Positions 12,201-27,200 of a DNA stretch of 64,000 bases are shown here, in pieces (the stretch's first letter is position 1; the number at the start of each line of letters is the position of its first letter). Below the pieces are notes generated by a model. That model was not told the DNA's origin. It saw only the letters and a program-made list of their open reading frames with translations, and did no database searches. This DNA is from Isurus oxyrinchus (Eukaryota): the NCBI GenBank assembly GCA_026770705.1, contig JANJGN010000034.1, positions 2,914,001-2,978,000 on the forward strand, read 5' to 3'. The translations under genes were made by a program, and so were the position numbers.

Positions 12201-15200
12201 GAAATGAATACCAACAAAATATTTTTCCATTGACCTTCATCTTGCAGGGTCCGTTTCAGATTTTCTAGTTCTATGAAAACGAAACAACAAAAAATGACAA
12301 TCGTTCAAATGTTAACATTTGAAAACTTAGAAAAGTGAATGATAGGAGGAAAAACAGAGAGAGGATAAACGAGANNNNNNNNNNNNNNNNNNNNNNNNNN
12401 NNNNNNNNNNNNNNNNNNNNNNNNNNNNNNNNNNNNNNNNNNNNNNNNNNNNNNNNNNNNNNNNNNNNNNNNNNNNNNNNNNNNNNNNNNNNNNNNNNNN
12501 NNNNNNNNNNNNNNNNNNNNNNNAGGCATGGAAGAAAGATGGAAGGAAGGAAGGCCTGTCTTCCTAGCATGAAAAAAAAACCTTTGCTGTGACTGTTGAG
12601 CGATCCATTCCATGCAAACGATTTAAAATAAGTTTAAACAAAACAAGCATGTTTTAAAGTGACCCCGAGCAGCCCGCATGTCTGTTAAGGTGCCCAGTTG
12701 AATCAGAGTCACGTGCAAAGAGGTAATTGAATCCCCTATTTGTTGCTCTGGCCCACGTCAAATATTATCATCAATGCGCATGAAATGAAGGGCAGTTTTG
12801 CCCAATTTCATTAAATCAAGTCCCGTCCTCACCTTTGTCTTTCTTGATGAGCTTTTGGTCTGGTGGGAACATGAATCGGGTGGATAATATTATTCACAAA
12901 AACATCTTCACCTGTCATCATTGTAGTGGCGTCATTTGGCCAATATCGCATTGGCCAGCTCTCATATGCACTTCCCCATTTCCGCTGGCACTGTCTAGAT
13001 TGAAACCACATTTGGAATACCAAAGAATACATGGCTACACTATTGCTACGAAAACCACCCATAGAGATGAGGAGACATTAAGACAAAGCGTTCCAAGTCC
13101 AGCAATTATGCAGAAAATAGATCAGTGAAGCGTCGCCCTCTATATAATGCTCCCAGCTCGATATGCAAATTCATTCACTTCAGCATTACTGAATAATAGG
13201 AAATACCATCCGTTTATCTCAGATAGAAGACAAATTATTAACTCTATATTATTCAGCCTGATGCCTGAGATTTATAAAACATTCAATTGCACATTTAAAT
13301 TAACCATGTTCTGCTGGAGTTCAAATTAGAATGGAGCCAGAACATAAATCATCTTTGGAACCTGTAGTCCTACAAGAACAAGTGTCAGCTATGTTGGCGT
13401 CGCTGAAATTATATTAACACAGCCCTATCATTTTGTAGTTTGGCCCCTGATAATTTAATCTGTGATGCCAGAAAAAAGACTGCCTCCTCTGCTTCCATCT
13501 GTTTGTTTCGAGCATCCGAGGGATAACTCGTGGAGACAGGTCACCTATACACAGGGGAAGCTACTTCCCGGTTTGAATCGATGGTTCCAAATGATTGCTG
13601 TTCAATGTCCTCTGCTCACCCATTTCATTGATGGTGTCTTTTAGTTTTCCTATGGCTAGAACGGAGATAAATAAGTAGATACATAGGTAGTTAAGATATT
13701 TAAAATACATATATTTTTATATTTTAGACATATTGCCAATGAGTTCAAACAGAATTTAGGCCTCAGATCAATTCGTCTGTCTACACCTTTTGTAGACTAT
13801 CAATGACTTAGCGAGGGATCATTAGACAGTCCGCAAGAACGGGACACAGTTCGGCGATCTTCAATTTGCTTGAAACACTGAATAGGCGGGATTTGTCTGC
13901 TTCGAGCGGAGCAGCTTGCGGGGGGAACTTAACAGAGATATTGGCCTGAATCTTCCGATATGAGGAGCGGCGAATTATTTAACTAAAGCTCCTGCAGCTC
14001 CGAGGAAAACACATGCGGGAGGTTTAAACTTGTGACTGACGGTTTCACCCTGCCTGGGCACTGCACAACTGCCCATGGCATTTGGATCAACTTGTTTAAA
14101 CGATGGAGAATTAGATGCATTTACTGTTCTTTCTTCCCCCAATGATTTACCTCGGGCTTTTTCAGGAGCGAAGTAAATCGGCAATACTCCAACCAAAGCA
14201 CTTCTCAACACTGCCCAGTAATGCACCACGTGCTCCCGATGATGTTCACACGTCTTTACAGAATATCAACCCACACCCCACACACCCTCTCCCCCCAGCA
14301 ATGTGCAGGTTCTTCCACTTGACCAGACAATGCTCACCCTCCACCGCTCACCCCGGATAACTCTGAATCTCTTCTCTACATTGAACTGAGTGGCGGCAGA
14401 GCGAGCTGAATAATGTTGCGGGAGGGAGCAGTGGTGGGAGCAGGGAGGTGACCGGCGACCGAGGGTTTCCACCTTGTAGGACGCTGTGAGGGGTTGAAAA
14501 TATCAGCTGGTGAGCAGGAGGTGCACCTTTTTTGGCGGTTAAGTTGGGGGGGTTTGTTGAATGCCGTCGAGGATAAGCACAATGCAATTGGCCGTCGGGT
14601 GATGGAATGGAGAAGGATTTTGTGAGTGAGATTAGTCAGAGGGAGGTTGTTCAGCACTGGGGATGACAGCTCCATTTAGAGACAGTGGAAGGGAATTAAC
14701 GGAGGCCAGGCCTTCAATTGCCTGGTTGGATTATGTCTCGCCACTTGGACTCCTGACTCTGCTCATAGCTGGAACCCTGCTGGATGGAAGATCGGAAGGT
14801 GCCAGGGCTGCAATCCAAAATAGTACGTGAGCAGTTCAACTCGGAAACCCACTCCTCTGCCGATGGGATCATATTTGCCATTGAAAATCATAAAACGTTA
14901 TGATAGAGTATTTAAATATTTTTCCCCCCACTTGCACAATGTATTATAACCAGTAGAGAGAAACTGATGGCCACAAGATATGTGGGGAGATTTTTTTTAT
15001 GCAGCGACTTATTTTGATCTTGGATTCACCGCTAATACGGCTGGTGAAATAAATGCAACTCAACTTTCAAAATTGAATCCCTTAAAACTTGAAGGTGAGA
15101 ATAATTGCAGAGCTCCAGGAAAGGCCCGGTAATGGGGTTAATGTGATAAATCTTAGAATGACCTGGCACGCCATTATATGTCAAAAGGCTCCCTTCTCTC

Positions 15201-18200
15201 TTGTGAGATACCATTGTACGATGACTAAAAGAAGGGATTGCCGGGAATGATGCTCTTCACACAGTAGCTGAAGACCCTGGGTTAATGTTATTTCAATTTC
15301 AAAGCGGCCCGATTAAAGCAATAAAACACTGCGGGGGACTCAAAATGAAAATCAAATCCTTTTACATGTCTTAATATTACTTTTGCTTTTCTTTATGGAT
15401 TTGCGCATTTCAAGAAAGTGCAGAGCATGACATGAGGCGTCGGGCATGTCAGTAATTCATTTCGAATTTAAAAGCTAATTGAGGCAAGGAATTGTTAAAA
15501 AAACGGAACTGCCCAGTTGTTGCAAATGATTTGATGGTCCATGGTGCATATTTCAGCCTATGATGTCCAAATGTTTAAGGTGGCAAAATGTATGAGAAAA
15601 GACACTGATGATTCTGCTACAAATTCCCCTCAATAAGGGATAAACGGTGGCAACCTGTTAGCTGACCCACATGAGTCCTCCCCAATAACTGTGCCCATCC
15701 AAGTTAATGGCACTGGGTATTAGCTGGAAATATAAGGAGCCAACATTGGGATATCTCTTCACTTGCACTGCCACCGAAGGCAGATTTGAACTTTATTACA
15801 TCTTTGAACGGCGTCCTCAAGGCCCTACACCATGCACTCTAGCCCACAACGGCAACAACCCGTGCAAGGAGCCCATGGACTTGTTTGCCATCAAGACCAA
15901 GACACTGTGATTCCTCAGCAGCAACTATGTTCCTCCATTCCGCGGGTCCACTTTTCCTAGATTCCATTAATGCTCCTCTGCTCTACCCCTGAACTCACAT
16001 AATTTTCTAGCTTCTTTCCTGTATCCCATCATGCTATCTTTGCGCTTATCTTTTCTGTAGGCCCTGCCTCCTTTTCCCTCGATTCTCGTTCCACTAAACT
16101 GCTGTCATTAAACCTGGCCCTCATGCTAACTGTATTTCTAAACATTTCTGCCTCTTCAAGTGTCATCCCACTTTCCTTCGGATTTGCTCTCAATATCGTT
16201 TCTCTGAAAAAAAATCCTTGACCTCCATGATTGGCTCAAACTTGTGCCCCAACTCCAACCTTCCTTTTTATACCGAAAGACCTTAAATGTCTCGCCTCAC
16301 AAATCGGTTCCCACCATTCCTGCAGTTCTATGTTCGTTTCTCTACAATGAGATTCCACTGTCAAAGGAGCAATAAACATATCCTTCTGAAACTCACAAAT
16401 GACATGTTATGCATTTGCGGCAAAGCTAAAACTAGCCTCGTTGTACTTCTCTCCTTGCCTGGAGCCTTTTCCACAGTTGACCATGACAATCCCTTTCAGC
16501 AACTCTCCACTTTTATACATCAGGATGTGCTGACACTCACGCGGTTCCACTCTTATCTATCTACTTGTAGCCAGGAAGTCACTTGCAATGGCATGGCTTT
16601 GTGCTCCAGCATGATTACCTCTGCTATCGCCAAATGACCTATCCATGACCACGGCCTATTTGTTCATCTTAACCTATTTGCTACTGATCAGTGAAACCAA
16701 TTGTAAGCACAGCGCTGGTTTCCATATTTTTGGCGAAACACTTTGGTTAACTCACTCCTCCCTCTGTCGCTTCTTCCATTGGTATAAAATCATCACACTG
16801 CTTTTCTGACAACCAGTGGCAGGAGTTAAGCCATTGGATCGGTTCCTGGTCCAATCTAGATTTCCTACATAACGCATCCACCCCTTACCGTGGAAACAGC
16901 CTGAGATTAAGTCTGGCCCTTGAAAACCTTCGTGTCACATTATTTTCTGAGGTGGCCTTCCGACCTCGTATTTATCCCATCACTAATACCACATATTTCA
17001 CTCGCCATGTCACCCAACTTCACTCCAGTTCAGTTCACCTGCTCCATTTGCCCCATAAGGCATCACTGTTGTCTGTTGACTCGGCTCTCCCAGCACACTG
17101 ATGCCTGGCCTTCCACATCCTAACATCCATAAACTTGAAGTCATCGAAAACTCCGATTACCACATTTTAACTCACATTAAGCAAAGTCCGCTCATCACCC
17201 CTGTGCTTACTGATGTACGTTCCCCCCGCGTCCAAATGCTCATTTATTTGTTCGAGTCTCTTTATGGACTCCGATCTCCCCATCTCTGTAATCGCCTCTA
17301 GCTCCGCAGCCCTCTTAGATATCTAATTCTGGCTTGTTATGCTTCCTCAAGTTTAATCTCTCTCTCATTGCAGGCAGTGCCTTATGGTTTGCCGCCCTCA
17401 AGCTCTGGAATAAGGTCTTACACCCCTCCGCATCACTAATTCACTATCATTATTTAAGGCGCTCTTTAAAACCCATCTTTTTTGATGAAGCTTTTTCTCA
17501 CCTGACCTAATCTCTCCTTATGTTGTTCAGCATAATGTCTCATTTAATAATGCTCCTGCAAAGCGCCTTAATAAGATGCCCAGCGTTAAAAACACTATAT
17601 AATGTTTAGTTGCCACTGTTGTTGTTCGCTTTTCCAATGGATCACAAGGCGAAGTAATGTCTGTCAGAATAGTCAAGATCAAATGATAGCTACAGCATAT
17701 TTAGCTCTTGAAACGTAAACATGCGTATGCATTTGGAAAGGAGGTGGGAGGCACATCTTGAGGTCACCAACGTTATACTGAGTCGGTCAGTGAACAGGGG
17801 GCGTTTCAGAACTTGGGGGTCATTTTGCTTCCCGCCCCCAACCGCCAACTGATTTTATACTCTTTTTGGGCTGTGATGCCCCATTACACTGAGGCCTCTC
17901 GACCTTATAATCCAATGAAAGAGACGGTGGCTGTCGTGCTTCTGTGACAACCACACACATTTGGTTTGCGGTTCGAATATTAAACAGATCCTGTTGAGTA
18001 AAAGAAAGATAAAACAAAAACATTTCCGCTCGTCTTACTCCCAGTGAGGCTGTAGATTGCCTTCAGCACGCGAAACAATTTTATATGGATCGAATTATTC
18101 AAAATGGAAAGCAAGAAACAGAAAAAAATATGTCTTGCATGTGGAAGACATCGTTCAGAGTCTCACTCCGTCCCTCAATCAATGATTTTCCTTCCGAGTT

Positions 18201-21200
18201 CGGTCATTGCTTTCCTCTAAAAAATGCAACATTCACGTCTCATGGATCGCTTTTTACCACACAGCCTCCCTCCTCCATAATCGAACCTCCAGGAAAATAA
18301 AAGGAACTATACATAAAAATCTACATCTTGCTGAGGTGGCTGAACGGAAAATATTGAGCAAAACGCTTGTGGGAAGACTCCCATTCTTTTAAATGTTGCC
18401 CAGAACGAGCTTTGCAGGCCCAGCTCTGGTGACCGAACGGGAAGCGATTTAAAGTCTCAAAATCGCGTTAAGACATTACCACACTGGGAAGGTTAGGGAA
18501 GATTTTGCACTCAACACTTTGCAGTGAGAAATAACACACTGTGGTGGGGTTCAGACGGAATGTTGGCACGATCGAGCCACCAAGGTATAGATGGGTGCAT
18601 AATGTATCTTTCTTAGTTACTACACAAGTGGACGCGTCTCACCCAGCTGTTACACCACCCACCTTGTTTTTTCCAGCGGCCTCAGTCTAACAGGACATTA
18701 TAGCCCAATATTGTTTTCCCTCAGTCTGCTGAGTCCTACCCTCAGTTAGATTCTTATCACTTACCTGTGTCCTTTTTCGCCAATTTTTGCTCTAAGAGAA
18801 TTAAAGTAAACGTTATTTGAAAAGGACGGGAAGGTTTTACAGCAGAGAAAATAAATAGTAGAGTGGCATTTTACGTGATTTCTCTGTTCCCCCAATCAAC
18901 AGCATCACTGATTTCGACAGAAATGAATAACACTTCCGGCGTAAAATGGCGACCAGAACACCAGCCACGGACAGTTTCTGTTGCATTTCCAAACCCTTGA
19001 GTTTTATATCATGTTATAATATGGCAGGTAGTAAGTACTGGCCTGACCAAATCCCTAAGGGGAACTTGGCAAAAAGATTAGCAAATTGTAATTTTTTTAC
19101 GAGACGTTATGTGCAATGAATTCGGGAGCAAAGAGTCCACCATCTCTCCTGGAGATTTTTAATATTAAATTAAAGCATTTATTAATAAAAGAAAAGAAAG
19201 CATAAACACATGAGTATACGGTTACACAGTTAAATTTAGTCTTACAATATTTCCCAAAATATTTCTACTTAACTTGATTCCCAAGTAAACAACCTTTTCC
19301 AGGAAACAGTCCAAATAGCGTCTAAATCTATAAACATTGACAAGGTAACCACTGTTGCTGTAAGGGAAGTATTTCACCACTTCCATCTTCCCTTCATTTG
19401 ACAATGGAATTCGAAGGCTATTAAGAAAACCTTGCTTCTTGGAGCAAGCAAGCACTTCTCCAGGTTGGCGGAAGCTGCAACTTCACAGTGCACTCATCAA
19501 GATCTCACATGGCCACTCACAATACAGCAGTCAATAATTTCTTAAATATATTTTTTCCCTTGTGATCTTTAAAACCCATTGTTTTAAACTTTCTCCTGAA
19601 GCTATATTTCCCAAAGCATAACAAAAATATTTCTTGTTGTCATTAGGACTAGCAGTTGCAGGAAAAATAAACTGAATGACTTTTTCCTAATTACTTCCAA
19701 TTTTGATTGTTGCCAAATGTCTGGTCACGTACTTTTGAAATTCAAACAACTAACATTTCACTCTCCACTTACCTCCTAATGCAAATTCCTATTTATATTA
19801 ATGGGATCTCATCTTAACTTGACCATTATCATTTGAAAATGTGTGCTTTCACTCCTAATTCCTTTGATGATTTAAACCTTGGTGCCTAGCTGTCTTCAGT
19901 TTAATCAAGTTAGTCACACTCACAACGCACACAACACACACACACAGCTCGCACAAGCCTGCTTCAGTATCACACAATTATATTGGGGAAAATAACTTGA
20001 AATTTACCGTACAATGATTTTTCTTTTGCTGGAATGTCAACTGCAGCAATTAATTACTGCTCACATTCTGAGATCAGCATAAAGAAAGATAATTCTGGGG
20101 ATATTCATGGGTTTATTTATGTGCAGTGGAGAGAGAAAGTAGGTTTAACTTTTTTATCTGAAATACAGTACAGCACTCCTTCAGTAGTGCTCTAGAGTGT
20201 CAACCTAGGATTGCTTCATTGAAGCTCCGGAGTGCAACTTGAATCCATGACCAAGTCATTGCAGATTCAAATTACGAATTGAACCATGGCTGTCGGTTTA
20301 TATTCTAAATTCATTGTATTAAATATAATTACTTAGCTGCGTTGTTCGGATGCAAACTAGAATCTCTGGGCCATTCGTCCAGTCAGATAACTGCTATGGT
20401 ATTATACCCTAACAAGTTTGAGGAATTTCTTGCACCACTGAGAACGTGAGGCTGAGATGTCTCAGCAGACAGGGCGTGAGTGGAAAGGACCAATGTTCAA
20501 TTGCAGGTTTTTCCAGTTCTCTTCCTAAATCTGTTTTCTATTTGTTCGATTCTCACAGTGCAGGAGAACACGGTATTTTTGCAATAGCGTGACAACTTTC
20601 CACGATTCATGTTCCAGTCCCTTCGCGGTACATGGTCAAATTATACTGCTTCCATCATTTGCAATACAGGTTTCAGATAAGAATATTGATGTTACTTGGT
20701 GTGTGATGGAGAGATCTAAACTAACACTCCCGAGATCGGTGTCCAAATTTCATTAAAGATCTGGGGAACTTAAATTCAATTGATTAAATATATATAGAAT
20801 AAAAAACTAGCATCAATAATAATGACAGTAAAATTAAGGTTTAAATTAACAAGAATTGCTGCCCGAGAGAATATTGCTTCTGTGGAGCACTTAGCTTAAG
20901 GAATGAAGTGGGTGAAGGTGTTCAGGGTACTGAGGGAAAAGGGACAGTGCTCTGACCTTTTACAAAGCAAAGTGTAGTCTGAATGAGGGAGGAGGAGACA
21001 GTGAGGCCTAAGTGTGGAAGCCCATTGAATACGGATGGTTAACAATTGGACATTCCTCTTCAGGTTGTCACTGACAGGATTGTGAAATGCGATCCTGATT
21101 TGATACAAAGCCTGGTGAACATAATCATAAAGCGAGAAAGCGAGCTTTCAGGGAAATCTCCAACAACAGCAAAGGAAAAAAAAGAAACAATATCTGTAAA

Positions 21201-24200
21201 ACCCCTCAACGAGGGATGGAGCCGAATGGTGAGCAGCCAGTAACTGTTTCTAGTTAATTGTTTGGAGGTTAAAGAAAAGGAAGGGCACCTAAATCCCGCA
21301 CAATGCACATTCTTCACCACATGGGAAATCCTGAGAAGTACTCCTTGCTGGACGGAAACAAGTGGAGGAAGTGTTGCTAGCAAGAGCAGCTCATGCTCCT
21401 GTTTTTGGACCTTGAGAGAAGGCTACAGCTGTTACATTCATGAAGCTTACAGGTTTGTAGAAGACAAATTTCCGGAAGTGGTCACTGCACACTTCTGAAA
21501 TTGGCTGGCAGAGGCAGAATAATTGACTTCCAGAAGGCCAGGCAGGTTGGGAAGGGACCTGAGATGTGTATGTCCAGCAGGTGTTTGTTTCTAAATACTG
21601 GTGAACGGAGGGATGCAGGCACAGCCAGGTCCAATGTAACATTGTTGACTCAGCTGCAAGGGGACTGGGTGGATGGAAGGAAGCAGATTGGAAGAACAAC
21701 AGTTGTAATTGATTCTGTAGTAAGTGGATTAGATAGACGCTTCTGCGGCCAAAGATGTGATTCCAAGATTCTAGGTTTCCTCCCTGGTGCAGGCTCAGTG
21801 ATATTCCTTAACATCTTCAGTACATTTTCAGGGGGTAGAGTGAACCGTTTTAAAGTTGATCTGTAAAGACAGAGGGGAATACAAGAGCGACAAATGTGGT
21901 TCGAAAATGAGAGTTCAGTAAGCGACCAGGCACACCGAAATACTGGGCCCCAAAGTTGGTGATGATGGGATGACTGCCGGTGTCAAATGCTTGTGGATAC
22001 CGAAATACGATGACTGAGCTACTGAACACTTGGCAGGGCAGATGGTGCTGGAGAGAGGCCATTAGGTTGTTGATGCACTGCAACTGCTTCTGGGGGAGTT
22101 AGGCCCTCTAGAAAATGGATGTGAGGCACTTCAAAAGGCTGGCACCATTATCTTGGAAGGTTTCATTGCTAGTGCAACTGGCAAGGGTTCAAATAAGCTC
22201 GAACGGAGCAGGTCATGAGGAAGACCTTTTTTGCACGGAAGGCAGTGGGTGTATGGAATTCGCTGCCCAAGTTGGTCATAGAGGCAGAAATTTTAATCTC
22301 CTCTAAAAAGTACCTGGATCTGCACCTAAAGTGTTGTAAGCTGTAGGGCTATGGGCCGGGTACAGGAGGGTGGGATTAGAAAGGGCACCTGGGAGTCCTC
22401 GGGCTGGCATGGACAAGATGGGCCAAATGGCCTCATTCTATGCTGTAACTTTTCGATGGTTCTATGGTTCTTTGGCAATAGCACAATAGAATGTGAAGAG
22501 AATAAAAAAACGTTGAAAAAGAGGGCAGCAAATTAGGAAACTTACTTGAAAGGCAGAGGAAACAAATGTTCGATAATAGATAACAAAGGTATATGGGAAT
22601 GGTAAATGAGGTACATTTCAATGCACGAAACCTAGAGGATCGGGCAGGTGTGCTGAGAGAAGAGGTTAGAGCGTGCAAGTACGATTTTATAGCTAAAACT
22701 GAGTCATGCATGAAAGGAGTCCAGTAGTGACAGCTGTGCCTCCCTGGTACCTCGGCTTACAGGTGGGAAACCGAACAACAACTACAACAAAAACAACAAA
22801 CAAAAACAAACAACTGTGCAGCACCACTGGGGGATTTGCACGACCCTGATATTGACTTGGATAAAAGCAGCGTGAACAAATTACAGTGAGTAACATTCTT
22901 AAACTGTGCTAAGGATTTTGGCTTGTTTGTTTAGCCATAAGGCACAAAGTCAGCAAGAGAGAAGGAGTTTCTGGCCTTTTAACAACTAATATGTCAGTAT
23001 TCCATATCATAATTCCAGTTTGTACGTCTCTTTAATAGCGATTATGTTGATGTAACCTTCTACATCAGCAGTTCTGATGTATCTTCCTGTTCCCTCAACC
23101 GAGGGTTCTCTCTCAGCATGATTCGCAAGGCCCTTCGCCATGTCCAGATTGTCACACGTATTTCTGATTTCACCCCTTCCTCTGCCCTCTCAGAGCGATG
23201 TTCGGGTGTCCCTTGTCACCTTTGTTCACCCCATCAGCCTCCGTATTCATTGGGCTATCCATTCCATTTCCTCCAGATCGAGCGTGAAAGCTCCACCAAA
23301 CACATTCCCAACTGTAACTTCCCTTTCAGCAATCCAAAGGAACCTTTCCTTCCACGGCATACAAGGTCACTTACCAGTCATGCCTTATAGCTCCTCCCTT
23401 CTCTATGGCACATTTCCATGCAAGAACAGGAGATGCAACACCTGTCCTATTACCTGCCCAATTCACGCCATCCACTTCCCCAAACACATACCACAAGTGG
23501 CTAGTTATTTACGTTTACCTCCTTCGATGTGATTGTTCAGTATTCACTGTTCGCAAGTACCCTCCTCTTCTTTTGGATGCAAAACACAGACTGAGTGATG
23601 GCTTTGGACTCCAGATCTATTCCGTCCACAAGCATGAGCCCGAGATTCCAGTTGCTTGTCATTTTATTTCGCCGCTCCCCAGTCGTGACTTTTCTCTCCA
23701 TGCCCTATAGCTTTCCAGTGGAGGTCAAGACAACTGGATGAAATGCAACTTATCCTTTGACTCGGAACACTACAGCCTTACCGATTGAACATATAGGTAA
23801 ACAACTTTAGGTCATAAAATCTGCCTTCATATTGTTGGCAGTGTTCTTTTTTCCTTTTTTTTTTCTCCACCTATTCTGGGCTGCCTTCCTTCTTATTTCT
23901 TGATCCATTAATGTTTCATCCAAATGCGTTTAAATGTCGCCATTGACGCCCCAATTGGACACATCTTTTGTTGATTTACTATACCCACCAGCACTCTTTA
24001 TGTCCAATGCATGATGAAATATTTTGTTATTTCACTTCCCCATGCCTTCCTCCCAAACACTAATCCCCTTTTGTTATTCTTGCGACCTCTCCCTCGAATT
24101 GACTTTAAAACTCTTGCATTCTATCTTTCTGCAATTCTGATGATAGGTCGCCTGATAATTAAATATTGTTTCTCTGTACACATGCTGCCTGGCCTACTGA

Positions 24201-27200
24201 GTGTTTTTAATATCTTTTGTTGTTGTTGTTTTTAACCTCAGGATATTCAACACAGTTTTAAAATAAACAGCCACGGAGAAACCAACGCATGAGACCATTC
24301 TTTGAACTTATAAGAAGTGGAAGGAATTTATTGTACTCACCACACTCAAATACAAGATTTTGTTGATTTTCCACTTCTGTAGAAAAAAAATGATGAATTG
24401 TTGAAAGCCTCATGTTGAGATTGCACGAGTACCCTTACAATTAAACTATCAAAACAAAATATTGGTAATTATGGCTTTAAAAATCAGTAAGTATTGATAT
24501 TGGATCAAGTATGTTCTATACAAGATATATAGTTCCATTAATTGACTTCAGTGTCCATTCAGCAACATTTCTATGGTTGGTTAGTTGCCTCATCTGCTGG
24601 ACTGACATTGCCTTAAACTATGTTCCATTAGGGCGTTCCCTAAAGAAAAACTACTTCGTTGAACAATATATTGGGCCTATTATCTAATAGATATTACATG
24701 TCAAAATTTGGAGAACAGCTGCGTGTGTGTGCAATACCTTAATGTGCTATTTCAGTAAGATTTTGCTGTTTTCGCCCAGTGCCATGATATTATAACCCTA
24801 CGATGGAGCACCCATTTCGCACACCACCTAATTTCATCTTAATTTCATGCTGGGAATTGTAGCAAAATTTTGAAAATATATTGGCGAGCCGTTAAGCATT
24901 TATGAAAATTGAAGGAGCATCCGACTGAATCACATTGCATGTTTGGCGTTGCAGAACGTGCCTGCTTGGAGAGCGAAATCAGGACATACTTTTAAAAGAT
25001 GCCTGACCTGAATGCAGGTCACCGATCTAGATAGGTTACGACTGCTAGCAAGTTATTTAGCGTGAGGATGCCTACCTTTGGTGGGCTGTACTAGGAGACA
25101 ATCATTGAGACGTATTGGATGGCAGCTAGTAGGTCCATTTTGCCTCTGCCTCTTCTTATAATCAGCTAATCAACAAGCCCCACTGCCGACCCCCACGTCC
25201 TCAAGCTCTTTGCCAATCACCCTACAGATTTAAAAATTCTTTTTCAATGATTATCCAAATTCCTTTTTGCACATTGTTGTGAAGCTAGTTCCACCTTGAT
25301 TTGTTGGAGACCATTGCACATCTTTGAGCATGGCGTACAATATAAATTCTGCTGATCAAGATTCTTTCCCCCAAAATTAGATTCCATCCATATTTTCTCG
25401 TCACCAGCAAACTTCCAAAGGGAACGTCCAATTGTCATGTCAACTACGAAAAAGAAATAATTTTCAGCAGCTGTAAAATTTCCGTTGAACCACTTCTGAT
25501 CCAAGCAGACCTCTTTTCCTTGTCTTTACACTTATCAGAAGTGTCTCCTTCATGGTACCAGTCTCATTAATGTTTTCTAACCCCTTAAAGAGAATTGTCA
25601 TACTGCTAAAATGAGGGTCCCACAATACTCACGCCGAAACCTAACCAGTAATTACAATACAATTAACATAAATTTCTTCCTTTGGACTCTATATCCCAAA
25701 AGTTAAGTTAAAAAAGAACTAAGGATCACGGGTTACACTTTGGAAGCATCATCAAATCACCTTGAAATGTTCTAATATTTAAGGCAGCACACCTTAATTT
25801 ATCAGTCATCTCAATTTCTTTGCGCCTTTTATCCACTCTAAACTGTCTCTTTCTGAGCTTTCTGCACTCTGCTCTCTCAGGACCAACCATAAATTTGTCA
25901 TCACACCTGCTGGCAAGGGTGGTGCTGTTGTTGTCTGGCGCATGGACCTCTACCTCATAGAGGCTGAGCTTCAACTCGCAGACATTTCCTCCTACCTCCC
26001 CCTGGACCATGACACCATCACTGAACATCAAGCCACTGTTTCCAGGAGCTTCACTGACCTCATCTCCTCTGAAGCTCTTCCCTCCACAACTTCTAACCTC
26101 ATAGTCTCCCAACCTTGGACGGCGTGCTTCTACCTCCTACCCAGAATGCACAAACAGGACTGTCCCGGCAGAACGATTGTGTCAGCCTTTTCCTGCCCCA
26201 TGGAACTCATTTCTTGCTATCTTAACTTCTCTCTCCCTTTGTCCAGTCTCTTCCCACTTACATCCACAACTCCTCTGGCACCCTACATCACATCAACAAT
26301 TTCCAGTTCCCTGGCCCCAACCGCCTCCTCTCCACAATGAACCTCCAATCTCGCTATGCCTCCATCCCCCACCATGATGGTCTGAGGGCTCTCCACTTCT
26401 TCCTCGAACAGAGGCCCGAAAAATTCCCATCCTCCACTAATCTGCTCCATCTGGTTGAACTTCTCTCACTGAACAATTTCTCCTTAAACTCGTCTCACTT
26501 CCTCCAAATTAAAGCTGTGGCTATGGTACCCATATGGGCCCCAGTTATGCTTGCCTCTTTACGGAGTATATGGAACTTTCCTTGTTCCAATCCGACTCAG
26601 ATCCCCTCCCACTTCTTTTTCTCCGATGCATCAATGACTGTTTCAATGCTGCTTCATGCCCTCGGCTGGACCAGGAAAAATGTATTAATTTTCCTTCCAA
26701 TTTCCACCCCTCCATCATTTTCACATGATCCATCCCTGACACTTCCCTCCCCTTCCTTCACCCCTCTGGCTCAATTTCTGGTGATAGACTGTCCACCAAT
26801 CATCATTACAATCCTACCGACTCCCATAGCTACCTCGACTACAGCTCCTCCTACCCTGCTTCCTGTAAGGACTCCATCTCATTCTCTCAGTTCCTTTGCC
26901 TCCATTCCTTCTGTTCTGATGATGCCTCATTCCTAAACGGTTCCTCTGGCATGTTTTCCTTCTTCCTTAACCAAAGTTTTCCACCCACAGTCGTTGACAG
27001 GGCCCTCAACAATGTCCAGCCCATCTCCTGTGCATCCGCACTCACTCCTTCCTCTCCCTCCCAGATCCATGACAGGGTCCTGCTTGTCCTCACTTATCAC
27101 CCCACCAGCCTCAGCATTCAAAGGTTCATACTGTGCCATTTCCACCAAATCCAGCATGATGCCACTGTGAAACACATCTTCCCTTCACCCCCCACCTATG

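Noticed and set aside
12829-13062. ORF-track peptide RQCQRKWGSAYESWPMRY... as a 162-nt phase-2 exon
   Set aside because: Its donor is better explained by the 27-nt exon B6 in a different frame, which matches the repeat consensus.
17820-18217. Strong minus-strand acceptors near 17990 and 18217
   Set aside because: Stops occur soon in the phase-1 frame and there is no compatible donor.
19484-19520. CACAGTG heptamers (also near 20554 and 61068) as V(D)J recombination signals
   Set aside because: No ACAAAAACC-like nonamer at 12 or 23 spacing, and no V, J or Ig-domain exons seen in the window.
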